A stretch of 64,000 bases of DNA from a virus (Duplodnaviria; Caudoviricetes). The notes beneath the pieces were generated by a model. It searched no databases. It was not told the origin of the DNA and was given only the letters and a program-made list of their open reading frames with translations. Positions 9,406 to 21,234 of the stretch are shown piece after piece; within the stretch, counting starts at the first letter, position 1; every line of letters starts with the position of its first letter. The stretch spans positions 64,001 through 128,000 of the IMG/VR virus record IMGVR_UViG_3300031993_000012; one strand, written 5' to 3'. Made by a program: the position numbers and the translations under genes.

Positions 9406-12288
9406 TTAACTTCTTTGAATCTTAAATGTGAACGTATCTGTTGGTTGAACACGTTTTGGATTGTTGATTGTTTGTATTGTATTTGTTGTTCCAGTAATCT
9501 TATGAATTCTTGAACGTGCCAGTGGATTGAATCTCATCGTTGCACCAGATACAATTACATCATACTCTTTGTATACCGTATGATATATTCCATATTCACT
9601 GGAGAATGTAGTATTCGATGAATGTATATATTCATCAATATGATTATTATCATACAAATCACCAATATCCAATAAATATGATGTGAGTTCTGTTGCGGTT
9701 GTTAAACTGTTCAACGGATATTGACAACCGAGATCTGCATTATAAACATTATTGGATATCTCCAATCCAACAAATGAACCGTTCGTATTTGTCGAGAAAC
9801 GTCCATGAGTTGTTAAATTGATAACATCCATTTCGTTTTCTAAATCTCTGAATACAGTCGGATTATTATCCAGCACCAAGATAAATGGTACACCTTTATC
9901 ATACATCGGGTCTTGTGAAAATGTTGCTGGAATCGATGCTGGGAATATAAAGCATTCATCACATGACCGGAATGTTGTATCCCATATTCCAGATGGATGT
10001 GAATTGAATGGATGTATAGCTGATGTGGTTGATACCGGATCACCAATCTCCACAGATTCATCAGTTGTTATGTTATAATATATGATTGTATACTGGTTGT
10101 AGTTTTGATCATATACACGGATGTATACATGATTCTTCCAACCGGTAATTCCATTCATCAGATAATTTCCGTTGATTGTAAATGTTTTGGTTACAGTACT
10201 GGTCGACATATCATAAACGTTGAACTTAAGTGATGATAAATCAGATGAATCACGATAAACACATAATGTCGTTTTGTTCAATGCAATTCCCCACATGCCG
10301 GAAATAACCGATGTTTCTGAACCTGCATTTGCATACAAATCAACAATACCAATTTCTTGATCATTATTATGTACTGCAACAACATATCCTTCATCCGTGA
10401 ATGAATGTAATGTTTCAGTATCATGTGTTTGATGCGTGAATGGAATCTGAACATCGACATATGTTGGAGAAACTGTTTTATCATTTGATATCGTGTATAT
10501 ACGATAACAACCAGCAGCATAGTTGTTGTTTGCAGTGTTTGAAGTATGTGCTTTATGTGCGATTACTAAACGATCACCATCATCCGTCAGTTTAAACATT
10601 CCAAGTGAATTGGTGTTCATTCCATCGTAAGTTCCACCAACATATCCAGCACAATTAATATTGTCATAATTCTGGATTGTATATGTTACAACATTTGAAG
10701 AATCATCTGGATAAATTATTTTATTAATACCAACCAAACAGTTGCATTTCGGATTTGGTATAAGTTCCATCTGATATTCTGATCTGGTATTAACAACTAA
10801 TCCAGTCACATCAATTGTATATCCGGTGTTTACGTTGTCAAGTTGTAAACATGTGAAATCATAATTTGGAACCAATGATGTATTCGATGAACATATGTAG
10901 AAACGTTTATTTCTATAAGCAGATTCAACATTTGTTTTTGTCACTTCAACCCATGTTGTTGGATCCCAGTATGAATCAGTTGCCCATACATGTGCCGTTG
11001 ATGTATTGAATGATAATATGTCATAATCACCAGCTTTACTGTTTGGATATATCCATACTTCAATCGGATCACTATTCAGAATCGTTTTGTAATAAACATT
11101 GTATATGAATGAATGGTCATATATGAATGATGAGTCCCCAAGGAAATCTTCATCAACCCATTGATGTGAATTATGGTTGTATACCTTTATATGTGATGCT
11201 GATAACTGATCGAGTTGTAAACGTGCACGATAATTTTTGTGCGTTTGTAATGTTGTATTGGCATTTGTACAATATGTCCATAATGCATCGGTGAACGTGT
11301 TATCATTGAAATTCGTCATTGCAGTAATTTCAATTGATTCCGGTGATGACATATGAATACTGTTATTGTGATCAATTATTGATACGACTGAACGATGTGA
11401 AGTACTTGAATCTTTGACCAAGAATTTTGATACCCATCCTTCTTCGTATAATTTTGGTGTCGTATATGACATAACACCAGTTACTGATCCTTCTACGGTA
11501 TCAACAGTATTGAACATATTGACATCTGTAAGACCGTCGATTGAATGTGTATATCTGTCATATAAACGACACTGTCCTTTACTGGAACAACCGATGTTTG
11601 TTGCCAATGTTACAAGATACAGATAAGGACTGATGACAGTATAATTATCATTTGTCCATGCCGCGTTGACCATCGAACCAACATTCATAATGACGCCAGT
11701 GTATACGATAACCGTTGTTTTTTCGTTAATACGTTTCTGGAATGATGACACATTACCATATTCATCATAAATACGAGAATGAGTAACACCTTCTTTTGTA
11801 CTCCAGCTTTCAGTAGTCTCCCAGACCAGCATTATTTCAGTAATGGTTTTATCTTCGCTAATACCGGGGATATCATAATCGAAATCTGCACGTAATGTGA
11901 ATGCATGTGCGGATACGAGATTCGTTATATTGTCATATACAAGCGGTGATGTTTGATCAAGTGACATCTGATATCGTTTATCACACTTCGCTTCAGCAAC
12001 TAATTCTTCAAGATCTGTATCCGCTGGATTGATTGGTGAAGTACCAGTTCCAATTCTGATTCTTGGAGCATGTGGATCAAACCATTCGAAACTTTTTGCG
12101 GTTGCAATAAATGATAAACCTTTGTTGGTTAACATATTAACACCGAACTTTTCTTCTGTTATATTACCATTTCTATCTTCTGATATTATATGATAAATAT
12201 TATTGAAATGCGGAATATCATCATTGATATTTAATTTCGTTCGATATATGTCAATGAATTGTTTAACATTATCGGGAAGTCCATTCAT
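9406..12288 (-). CDS. tail/baseplate-associated protein, paralog of 12850..15468
   Basis: 960 aa; shared EK.G.N.LT..G, THS.IYD..G, WATD.YW, DIG..Y, KITGTT.TI..IN motifs; beta-rich. Confidence 0.55.
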   Translation of the reverse strand: MNGLPDNVKQFIDIYRTKLNINDDIPHFNNIYHIISEDRNGNITEEKFGVNMLTNKGLSFIATAKSFEWFDPHAPRIRIGTGTSPINPADTDLEELVAEAKCDKRYQMSLDQTSPLVYDNITNLVSAHAFTLRADFDYDIPGISEDKTITEIMLVWETTESWSTKEGVTHSRIYDEYGNVSSFQKRINEKTTVIVYTGVIMNVGSMVNAAWTNDNYTVISPYLYLVTLATNIGCSSKGQCRLYDRYTHSIDGLTDVNMFNTVDTVEGSVTGVMSYTTPKLYEEGWVSKFLVKDSSTSHRSVVSIIDHNNSIHMSSPESIEITAMTNFNDNTFTDALWTYCTNANTTLQTHKNYRARLQLDQLSASHIKVYNHNSHQWVDEDFLGDSSFIYDHSFIYNVYYKTILNSDPIEVWIYPNSKAGDYDILSFNTSTAHVWATDSYWDPTTWVEVTKTNVESAYRNKRFYICSSNTSLVPNYDFTCLQLDNVNTGYTIDVTGLVVNTRSEYQMELIPNPKCNCLVGINKIIYPDDSSNVVTYTIQNYDNINCAGYVGGTYDGMNTNSLGMFKLTDDGDRLVIAHKAHTSNTANNNYAAGCYRIYTISNDKTVSPTYVDVQIPFTHQTHDTETLHSFTDEGYVVAVHNNDQEIGIVDLYANAGSETSVISGMWGIALNKTTLCVYRDSSDLSSLKFNVYDMSTSTVTKTFTINGNYLMNGITGWKNHVYIRVYDQNYNQYTIIYYNITTDESVEIGDPVSTTSAIHPFNSHPSGIWDTTFRSCDECFIFPASIPATFSQDPMYDKGVPFILVLDNNPTVFRDLENEMDVINLTTHGRFSTNTNGSFVGLEISNNVYNADLGCQYPLNSLTTATELTSYLLDIGDLYDNNHIDEYIHSSNTTFSSEYGIYHTVYKEYDVIVSGATMRFNPLARSRIHKITGTTNTIQTINNPKRVQPTDTFTFKIQRS

Positions 12289-12304
12289 AATATCAACACT
12301 CCTT

Positions 12305-12832
12305 TCATGTTATTGTGGCTTCGTTTGAACTGATGTTTGTTATTTGTAAAAATCCATCAATCTCGGAATTATGAGTTGTGATTATTGATGCTGCATTAAT
12401 TGTATTATTCGTACATGTAAATGTACAATTATGAATCTCGAAATTATCATATACTATCGCAGTATCCCGAGTATATTCATAAATATTGATTGTATCATTC
12501 GCAATGGTTATTGATGGAGTTGGGATCTCGTATGGTCCATACACATCAACCGATCGTTTTGAATATGTTTCAATCGTTACGTTTCCATTGGTAATAACCA
12601 TTGATGGATTCTGGATTTCATATGGTCCATATACATCAACATCAGTTTCAACATATGTTACAACATTTGCAGGTGTAGTTCCAATACCAACAATTGATAT
12701 AGTATGATCAATGTAGAATGGAGTACGTCGTTGATTTGCAACATATACACCAGAAACCGGGATCAATTGGTGAATATCTCCCGGTTTGATTACGTGTTTA
12801 TATACTTCTTTGGATTTGAATATATTTGCCAT
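12305..12832 (-). CDS. structural protein with three 30-aa tandem repeats
   Basis: VDVYGPYEI..PS.... twice plus degenerate AIVYDNFEI copy. Confidence 0.6.
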   Translation of the reverse strand: MANIFKSKEVYKHVIKPGDIHQLIPVSGVYVANQRRTPFYIDHTISIVGIGTTPANVVTYVETDVDVYGPYEIQNPSMVITNGNVTIETYSKRSVDVYGPYEIPTPSITIANDTINIYEYTRDTAIVYDNFEIHNCTFTCTNNTINAASIITTHNSEIDGFLQITNISSNEATIT

Positions 12833-12849
12833 ATAATCAACTCCTCATG

Positions 12850-15468
12850 TTAATTTGATTCTCCCGGTGGTTTACCGTAGAATGTTGGTGTATTTGAGAA
12901 CGACAATGAGAACTCTTTATTCGTTAATGATTTCGTATGATTTAAAGCCATGATTGTACGTGTGGTTCCGGTTATTTTTATCGGCATGAAATTAATCAAT
13001 GGACACATAATTGCATCCAGTATGAAATAATTGTTGTATATGAATCCACGCACATATGAGTCAACAGATTGAGTTGTATATGTGTTTGAACTCCAATCAC
13101 CCGTATACATATATTGACCGATATCAATGAAACGATAGAACCATTCGTCACCAGCAGTATCGCGTTCAGTAACGGTCACCATACATAACGAATTGCCTAT
13201 TTCAGCAATCTGTGTACCTGATAAATGATAATACTGTGAATCATACTGAGCATTCAATTTTGTATTATCAAGTATACGTATATTTGTAATATCGTCAATC
13301 GATACACATGCAACAGAATCATGATAACCAACACGACGGTTTCCGTATGTGATTAACATGTTTGATACACATTTATACAATGGACCATTACCATCAGCAG
13401 CGGTATCAATTGGAATAATAGTATTCGAACTCGTGAATGTTCCAGTACGAATATCACATATGAATGTTTGTGTTCCGGTTAATATGAATACATAATTAGT
13501 ATGTGCCATTATATAATGAATCGTAGATGTTAATCCCGAAGGTAAATTGAATTCATTAACATTCGTTGATGTCGATGTATCATAGATGATTAATTTTGTT
13601 GAATCATCATTGATATACGCAACACGTGTTGTATGCCACATCAAACAACCAATTGTGACGTTGGTTAACGATGATACTGTTGGTGTTGTTGATGTAAATT
13701 TAACAACATCCAAACATTTATTATCACCGGATGAAATACATAATAAACCACTATCATTTGTTGAATATTGACGTTTGTCCGCAGATGCCGTAAGTGTTAT
13801 TGTTGTTGGTATATTTAATGTACCATTTGACAATGTTGACATATCATACAGATATCCCGTAGTAGAATCAGTTGTCAATAACCATTTTCCGTACGTAAAT
13901 GGATATCCATGAGTCGACAATGTTTCAACATGATTTCCGGTTATCGAAAATGCTTGAATAACGTCTACACCATTTCCACCGTATGAAATCGATACGTTAT
14001 AATCAGAATTATCAATTGTAAAGAATCCAAGTCGATGTTGTAATGATGAATATGCCGATGGTGTATCTTGATATCCACTTGACGATGTATCAATCTTCAA
14101 ATAGAATGTACCTTGACGAACCGGATCTAACGATATATTATTTGTATTTGATAACCAATAACGTTTCGTTTGTGCATTCGCCGGTATGCTTGCACGATTG
14201 GTTATTTGAATCCAATCATTGTTTGGAAGATTCAAACCATGCCAATATTTGTCAGTCGCATATAATGTTTGTACATTACCGCGAATCTGTAATATCGGAT
14301 CTGCAGGATTGATATTCTGATAAACGTACAATGTTTCTTTACTGGAATTATTACTATAAACCAACGGTTTTGCATATGTTTTCGACATTGTAGTTTCATC
14401 GAATAAATGATTCGGTGAATTATTATAGAACAACGTATTATCCCAGTTTCCGTTTTTATAATTGAATGTGGTGACTGATGATACTGTCATCTGTGTAATT
14501 GGTATTTCGCGACCAATTGCGTCTGCAAATCCGTTTTGATCAAACGGATTATGTGAATGCCATATCGGTGATGTGAAAGATTCCGGTTCTGATAATTGTT
14601 GTGGTTGTATTATTAAGAATCCATCTGCTTCACAGCTGAAACCATCAACATATGTATTATCCGGATCCGATGATGATAATATAACCGGATTCATTATCAA
14701 TGATTTCGTGATTGTTGAATTTACGATTGCTGAACGTGAACGTGAATAAATTTCACGATTTGTTTTGCCATTCATACCATTGTACGATTCACGTTTAAAT
14801 GTTGATACTGTTGGGATATCCATACGGTTCATCATTATATATGCGGATGTTATAACGGAATAACTATTGTTAGCATATCCATTAAGGATCAAACTCTCTA
14901 AGAACGAGCAACACATATAAACTTCAATGGATAATTTTGTACCGGGTGATTTTGTAATGGTTGCTTTATCACCATGATTATCATATACGAATGAATGTGT
15001 CCATAATTCATCCCAATCATCACCAATACCATATTCGGTTATTGCAACATCGGAACTAACACCAGCGATGTTCTCTGCGAATTCACCAACCATGTATTTC
15101 ATTATGGCGGTAATACGACCATTGTCACTTTGATCACCTTGAGCAAAATACAACGGATACGAATAATCGTATGGCTGGTTTTTATCTGTCGCCGCAAGAC
15201 CGTTAAACAAAACGGCATTCATGATACGTGATGTTTTATCAAAAGAATTTGAACCTTCACCAACATACAGTTTCTTTGGAAATGATGGAGTTCCATCGAC
15301 ACCGAAGAATTGTTGGAAACCGTAATCAGTTAACAAATTCATTCCATACTTTTCATCAATACATATGCCATCGGATGTGTACGTTTTTGCAACGTACACA
15401 TTTGACACATGGCCGGTTTTCATATTCATATTATCCATGAATCTAAAAACCTTTTCGATATCTGTCAT
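12850..15468 (-). CDS. tail/baseplate-associated protein, paralog of 9406..12288
   Basis: 872 aa; motif-level similarity along its whole length to 9406..12288. Confidence 0.55.
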   Translation of the reverse strand: MTDIEKVFRFMDNMNMKTGHVSNVYVAKTYTSDGICIDEKYGMNLLTDYGFQQFFGVDGTPSFPKKLYVGEGSNSFDKTSRIMNAVLFNGLAATDKNQPYDYSYPLYFAQGDQSDNGRITAIMKYMVGEFAENIAGVSSDVAITEYGIGDDWDELWTHSFVYDNHGDKATITKSPGTKLSIEVYMCCSFLESLILNGYANNSYSVITSAYIMMNRMDIPTVSTFKRESYNGMNGKTNREIYSRSRSAIVNSTITKSLIMNPVILSSSDPDNTYVDGFSCEADGFLIIQPQQLSEPESFTSPIWHSHNPFDQNGFADAIGREIPITQMTVSSVTTFNYKNGNWDNTLFYNNSPNHLFDETTMSKTYAKPLVYSNNSSKETLYVYQNINPADPILQIRGNVQTLYATDKYWHGLNLPNNDWIQITNRASIPANAQTKRYWLSNTNNISLDPVRQGTFYLKIDTSSSGYQDTPSAYSSLQHRLGFFTIDNSDYNVSISYGGNGVDVIQAFSITGNHVETLSTHGYPFTYGKWLLTTDSTTGYLYDMSTLSNGTLNIPTTITLTASADKRQYSTNDSGLLCISSGDNKCLDVVKFTSTTPTVSSLTNVTIGCLMWHTTRVAYINDDSTKLIIYDTSTSTNVNEFNLPSGLTSTIHYIMAHTNYVFILTGTQTFICDIRTGTFTSSNTIIPIDTAADGNGPLYKCVSNMLITYGNRRVGYHDSVACVSIDDITNIRILDNTKLNAQYDSQYYHLSGTQIAEIGNSLCMVTVTERDTAGDEWFYRFIDIGQYMYTGDWSSNTYTTQSVDSYVRGFIYNNYFILDAIMCPLINFMPIKITGTTRTIMALNHTKSLTNKEFSLSFSNTPTFYGKPPGESN

Positions 15469-15469
15469 A

Positions 15470-18400
15470 CTAATCCTCCCTTCTGATTTCGGCTGAAATT
15501 AATTTCTTATAATCACGATTGATATGTACAGATTTAATTTCTTCAGCATATGTTTCAGCATCATATTGAAGATTTCCAACATGAATTGACATATATGATG
15601 AATTGAATCTGATGTATCTATAATCGTACACAAATGCTTGGGCTTGATAACTATTCATTGGGTATATTGAACGATTGTATTTATAACCCAGATTATATTT
15701 CGCTGACGATTGATAATTGGTTGTAAATAATTTGTAATATGGTAAGAAGAAGTATTGTTTGAATGGAGTACCTAATACAACCGGATTTCCGTCAGTATCA
15801 ATATTATTGGCAATCGGTCTGAAATCATTCAATGTGAATTGTAATGGTAAACTTACAAATGATTTGTATGTATCATATACATCATTGGGTTTCAATTCAC
15901 ATATATAAAGATTCATCAAACCATTGCATGTTATGTACAAAATATTATTTGATACATATACCGACGTTGGTGTCGTTGATGATAATGGGATTACGAATGT
16001 TCCAAGTAATGTTAAATCTGTACTTGAATAAATTGCAACTGTATCAGAACCACCGGAAACTTCCGATACAACAAATATACGTTCATCGTCTGCACATACT
16101 ACAGAATTCTTGCTGGAGAACGATGCACATGTGTCATCTGATAGATCAAATGAATAGAATGTATTTTTATCTAATCTTGCGATTATATAATTACCACTGT
16201 AAACGATTTCACCGAATACACCATTTGGTGATGAATATATCTGTCGAACTGTTTCTTGCAAACGTGTGTTATAGAAATTAATATGCTTATCAGTTAATGT
16301 ATGATACAAGAATACTTCATCATTATACCAACATATACGTCCACCTGCGATTTGATCCTGTGTAATTATTTTCATTTTACCAACAAGATCAGTTTGATCG
16401 ACAATGGAATTCAACGGAATTCTCCAGAAGAAACTTTTATTACGATACACGGTGATATATACGTCAGTATCATTAATTAAGAAATCTCCGACTTGGTTAT
16501 ATATGGATGATTCATAATTCATTTCCAATTCTGATAATGTTGTCTCGAATATAACAGTAATTGTTTTTGTTATTATATTGAAACTCGATAATCTGATATG
16601 GGTATCATTCATACTCATTAATGTATAAACAATACGATTACGTACCTTCGAATTTATATAACCAATCTTTGTGATTGTTGTTCCATCCAACATTGTTTGT
16701 GGAATGAAATCATTGTATTTAGTTGGTATTTTATTATATTCACCGACAGACATTAAATCCGTTGGTCGTTTATAAACCTTTTCATGTTCAATTGGTGGTT
16801 CACTGTGATCTGTACGTGTTGATGTGGTTGATATTGAATAAACCTGATATTCATGGTCAGGTTCATCATCCATAACAAATGTCATGTCGATACGTTGTTG
16901 AGATTCATATGGTTCTGATTTAACCGTATATTCGATATTAGAATCAAAGTTCTCTGTATCAATTGATATTTCATCAATATAATTGGATGTATTGATTAAT
17001 GTTGTAACGTGTAATGTATTTGGAACGGTGACGTATGCAACACCGCTAATGTTGTCATCAGGGTCATTGAAGTATATGTCATAATTACCAACGAGACCAT
17101 TTTCATTTTCGATTGTTGAAGTACCATACTCCATAATCGCAGAAAGTGTAATCGTTTCAACACCTGGAACCAATGTCCATAATTCATTTTCAGAATCATA
17201 TGTTTTAATTCCTACAGTGTCTCTGATTAACAGCTTGCTGGTTGTCACACCATTAACCGTGATTGTTATCGAACCGAATTTATTGGTGTTACCACCCTGG
17301 ATATTAACGGCATCTGTCATATGATATTTAGAATCTGGAATATAGCCAGTTGGTTTATACGATGATGCTGTTAATACATAACCAGAACCGCCACAACCGT
17401 AACGATCATCATCACCACCACTGTCAGGTTCGGTTCCACAGCCACCAAACCAGCCACCGCCACCGGAACCACCGTTGCCACCATTAACATTACCACCAGC
17501 ACCGCCGTATCCAAAACCACCGTTGGTTTCAGGATATTCATTTGTCGGTGATGCAATCTGAGTACCTGGTCCAGCATTATATCCATATCCATATGTACGA
17601 GTATCTTCACCACCTTCGGTACCACCACCATGACCAGCATGAACGTCATTATCGTTGCCATTACAACCACCGCCACCACCAGCACCACCGGCGACAATTA
17701 TACGTGATAACAACGAGTTTGTGGTATTGATGTATGTGTATTCGTATGTCGTTTTGTCTTCATCTGGTACAGCTGGTCCAGCAATAAAATCACGATTGTA
17801 AAATGTCCCAGCATAGAAAGTTTGTCGTAATATATCATACATTCCAAGCGCATCATCTGAATTACGTTTACATGGAACCAGATAACATTTGAATTCACTT
17901 GATTCATATACTTTGAATGAATACATCTTACCGATCATTGTCGCGCCATCATAATTGTTATTGTTATTCAAACCGAACAGACGCATTACCCTTTCGCCAT
18001 CAACCTGGCCACCAGATGAATTTGTCCAGCCATCGATCAATTGACCATTATCATCATACCATGATGCAGAAGCACCATCAGTTATAATAGTAACATTTTG
18101 ATCTCTCGGGAATGTAGAATCGTAATGATGATATTCATCACTATTACATCCATAACATGGATACCAATCCCATGCATATTGAGCAAAGAATACATGAGCG
18201 CGTACTCTTTGATCCGTACGCGCACCATATATACCAACGTATCCAACATTGTTACTTGTGGATGATACATAACAATGGCATTCAATTCTTGTGTCTGATT
18301 TATGAATGTAACCAATATCGATATATGGACCACCTTCGGATTCCAAGTATTCCAATTCAGTATATCCAGATGGAACAGACAGTACTTCAGTAACTGTTTC

Positions 18401-20782
18401 TGGTTTTAATAAACGAACATCAGTACCACCACCAGATGCAGTCGCTTGTGATTTATATGTGGTCGTGTCCGAACATGCACCACCATTGAATGTAGAATTC
18501 GGGAATCGTGATTGATACATATTTGATATACCATCAGGATACATCAACGCATGTGTTGGACAACCACCGACGACCAGATATACATCCGTTGGTTCTGATA
18601 ATGATAACGAACCTGCAACATGTCCACCATATGCAAGTTTCGTTGTATTCAATGTCCAACGATTACAACCAGCAGCACCATCACATGTTATACGATAATC
18701 ACCAACTGGCAATGTGAGTTTTTCATAATTACCAGTGCATATTGATTTAATCGTATCACCGTTTTTGATTTTTGTCGTTTGTTTACATATGATGACTTTT
18801 GCTTGATTGGAACAACCGGAATTCATATACGCATGTTGGAAGTAATATTTAGAAGTTGGAATATACCCAGTCGGTTTATGTGAATTGGCGGTTAATACAT
18901 AACCAGAACCACCACCTCCACATGTTACGGAATTTGATTGATAACTGTATGCCAGACCGGTGTAACCACCAAACCAGCCACCACCACCACCGCCATCGCC
19001 TTCGCCACCACCACCAGTAGCGTCAATTCCGGTTTTGCGTATTCCATCTTGTCCACGACCAAAATGTGCACCCTCAGTTTGTGTTGGATATATACGTGCA
19101 TTATATGCTTGACCTGTGGTACCACCAATAGCACCACCGCCACCGGCATTATTATTATTACCGGTCATCCAGTCTCCTCCAGCACGCCATCCACCACCAG
19201 CTCCACCAGCAACCATTATACGTGACATAAGTGAATCACGTTGAGTTGTATGGATATCTACTGCATTAGATGAAGCTAATTGTTTTCCGGGTTTGTAATA
19301 AGTATGTGTCATTTTGAATGATTGTTTGATTATCATAAATGACATATTTGCATTAACAGTTGCACCATTTGCAACAGTGAATTCAATACAGTTGATTGTT
19401 TGTAAACGTAAACCGGATGGACCGGTGAAATAATCATATGCCGGGTATCCATCAGCATAAGTTTCATATGCAGTAAACGTATCATATGTTGAATCATAAT
19501 ATCCGAATTTAAATGTAATTGTATTTGGTATTGATTGTGGATTTATGAATGCTACTGAATAACCATTCTTATCATCATATGAACCGATCTCTGGAATATA
19601 TACCGGTGTGCGTAACATCGCACGATATATTGCGGTATTAGATGCAGTACCAGAAATTGAATAATTGCCTTCATCAATAATAAATCGCACACCATCAACA
19701 GTATCATCATCATTGACTGCCATTGATAATATATTTGGAGAATAATCTCCATCATATGCAGTAAATGTATTTGCACATACATCATAGAATCCTGGAGTAT
19801 CATCTGAGTTACGAATAACCGGAATGAATTTATGAACATCATTACCATCTTCCGATATAGTAAATGAATGCATAATTCCAGGACATGAATTGTTATAGAA
19901 GAACGTTGAATTGTCTGATGTTTTATGTTGACCAAAGAATGACAATGTTGGTATCAAATATTCAGATTTGGCGAAATCAAATGATGCACATCCGATACCA
20001 TAATCTTCCGAATGATATACAGTTTGAGAATCATATGCATGCCATGTTATTTCAGTTCCTGTGAAGTTGTATATTACTCGACCGGGTAATACATTATTTG
20101 CACAATATTCCGTTTCAAATCCACCAGGTGTACCTGCCAAATATTTATCACTACCACTAACACGCAAACAAAATGAATATATCATTTTAACCGGGTCACT
20201 GGTTGTTGAGTTATATGAACCAAATAAATTCTGATAACTATACCAATCCGCAGACAGATATTCGAAATCTATCTCTAATGTAGTTGATCCTTTTGGTATA
20301 TAACCAGTATCAAAATAACTATCGTATTTACTACATAATTGCGTCAATACAGTATAATCATTTGGAATATTAACGGTCGTTGTTACAACAGATTCGGGTG
20401 TAACATTTAAACGTATATCTGATGCACCACCACCGGATGGACCAGAATGCCATTGTGTTGGTTTAACGGATTTACCACCTCGACCACCACCATTATATCC
20501 ACCTGGAGTAAATTGATCATTCGTATTACCGAGTTGACCATCACCACCGACGACAGCATATAACGTGGTATCTTCATTAAATGTGATGACACCCATTGAC
20601 ATACCACCTAAAGGCATACTTGATGTCTCTTGATGTGAATCTGAATATCCACCACGTGCACCATAACACATCATCAAATATGTTCCCGGATGCAATGTGA
20701 ATTGTTCTGGTTGTCCAGTGTATGTGAATTCCTCGATTACTTCAAATAACGTATCTTTATATACGTATAACTCACGACTCAT
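15470..20782 (-). CDS. glycine-rich receptor-binding/tail protein
   Basis: two glycine-rich domains (GGGxSDxRL...SRIxVAGGAGGG...GGGGWFGG...GGSGYVLT), each with a ConA/LamG-like insert; beta-propeller-like C-terminus. Confidence 0.65.
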   Translation of the reverse strand: MSRELYVYKDTLFEVIEEFTYTGQPEQFTLHPGTYLMMCYGARGGYSDSHQETSSMPLGGMSMGVITFNEDTTLYAVVGGDGQLGNTNDQFTPGGYNGGGRGGKSVKPTQWHSGPSGGGASDIRLNVTPESVVTTTVNIPNDYTVLTQLCSKYDSYFDTGYIPKGSTTLEIDFEYLSADWYSYQNLFGSYNSTTSDPVKMIYSFCLRVSGSDKYLAGTPGGFETEYCANNVLPGRVIYNFTGTEITWHAYDSQTVYHSEDYGIGCASFDFAKSEYLIPTLSFFGQHKTSDNSTFFYNNSCPGIMHSFTISEDGNDVHKFIPVIRNSDDTPGFYDVCANTFTAYDGDYSPNILSMAVNDDDTVDGVRFIIDEGNYSISGTASNTAIYRAMLRTPVYIPEIGSYDDKNGYSVAFINPQSIPNTITFKFGYYDSTYDTFTAYETYADGYPAYDYFTGPSGLRLQTINCIEFTVANGATVNANMSFMIIKQSFKMTHTYYKPGKQLASSNAVDIHTTQRDSLMSRIMVAGGAGGGWRAGGDWMTGNNNNAGGGGAIGGTTGQAYNARIYPTQTEGAHFGRGQDGIRKTGIDATGGGGEGDGGGGGGWFGGYTGLAYSYQSNSVTCGGGGSGYVLTANSHKPTGYIPTSKYYFQHAYMNSGCSNQAKVIICKQTTKIKNGDTIKSICTGNYEKLTLPVGDYRITCDGAAGCNRWTLNTTKLAYGGHVAGSLSLSEPTDVYLVVGGCPTHALMYPDGISNMYQSRFPNSTFNGGACSDTTTYKSQATASGGGTDVRLLKPETVTEVLSVPSGYTELEYLESEGGPYIDIGYIHKSDTRIECHCYVSSTSNNVGYVGIYGARTDQRVRAHVFFAQYAWDWYPCYGCNSDEYHHYDSTFPRDQNVTIITDGASASWYDDNGQLIDGWTNSSGGQVDGERVMRLFGLNNNNNYDGATMIGKMYSFKVYESSEFKCYLVPCKRNSDDALGMYDILRQTFYAGTFYNRDFIAGPAVPDEDKTTYEYTYINTTNSLLSRIIVAGGAGGGGGCNGNDNDVHAGHGGGTEGGEDTRTYGYGYNAGPGTQIASPTNEYPETNGGFGYGGAGGNVNGGNGGSGGGGWFGGCGTEPDSGGDDDRYGCGGSGYVLTASSYKPTGYIPDSKYHMTDAVNIQGGNTNKFGSITITVNGVTTSKLLIRDTVGIKTYDSENELWTLVPGVETITLSAIMEYGTSTIENENGLVGNYDIYFNDPDDNISGVAYVTVPNTLHVTTLINTSNYIDEISIDTENFDSNIEYTVKSEPYESQQRIDMTFVMDDEPDHEYQVYSISTTSTRTDHSEPPIEHEKVYKRPTDLMSVGEYNKIPTKYNDFIPQTMLDGTTITKIGYINSKVRNRIVYTLMSMNDTHIRLSSFNIITKTITVIFETTLSELEMNYESSIYNQVGDFLINDTDVYITVYRNKSFFWRIPLNSIVDQTDLVGKMKIITQDQIAGGRICWYNDEVFLYHTLTDKHINFYNTRLQETVRQIYSSPNGVFGEIVYSGNYIIARLDKNTFYSFDLSDDTCASFSSKNSVVCADDERIFVVSEVSGGSDTVAIYSSTDLTLLGTFVIPLSSTTPTSVYVSNNILYITCNGLMNLYICELKPNDVYDTYKSFVSLPLQFTLNDFRPIANNIDTDGNPVVLGTPFKQYFFLPYYKLFTTNYQSSAKYNLGYKYNRSIYPMNSYQAQAFVYDYRYIRFNSSYMSIHVGNLQYDAETYAEEIKSVHINRDYKKLISAEIRRED

Positions 20783-20812
20783 TATATCACCTTCTTTCTA
20801 CAATTATAATTA

Positions 20813-21229
20813 TTAAGTAAGATCATAAGGTTCACCAGTGCTGTCATATATTGCAACAAGTGTATCCTGTGGCAGATTGTTGATAGTTTCTTGATCTGGA
20901 TTGGAGCCAAATGTAACGATTGATGATTCGAAACCAACAATCTTCAATTTGATACTACCAGGTGTACCATCACCATGATAATCAAGATCAAAGTTTCTAC
21001 TCGTATATCCAGTTAATACACGATATACAGTTTCTTCATGTACGAGTAATGTATTACGAGCGTAATATTTACCACTTTCATAATCGACGATTGTAGCATT
21101 GCCACCACCGCTACCTCCACCACCTTGGGATAATTCAAGCTGGTCGAGTTTATCTGCAATTTCCTGAAGTTTTTCATTATTTGCCGTAATAGCATTCTTC
21201 AGTTTTGTAAATATTTCTGTAATTGTCAT
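20813..21229 (-). CDS. small coiled-coil structural protein
   Basis: N-terminal heptads, GGGGSGGG linker, YESGKYY...VYRV..YTS resembling a CBM5/12-like module; SD GGAAGGAG. Confidence 0.45.
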   Translation of the reverse strand: MTITEIFTKLKNAITANNEKLQEIADKLDQLELSQGGGGSGGGNATIVDYESGKYYARNTLLVHEETVYRVLTGYTSRNFDLDYHGDGTPGSIKLKIVGFESSIVTFGSNPDQETINNLPQDTLVAIYDSTGEPYDLT

Positions 21230-21234
21230 ATTAA

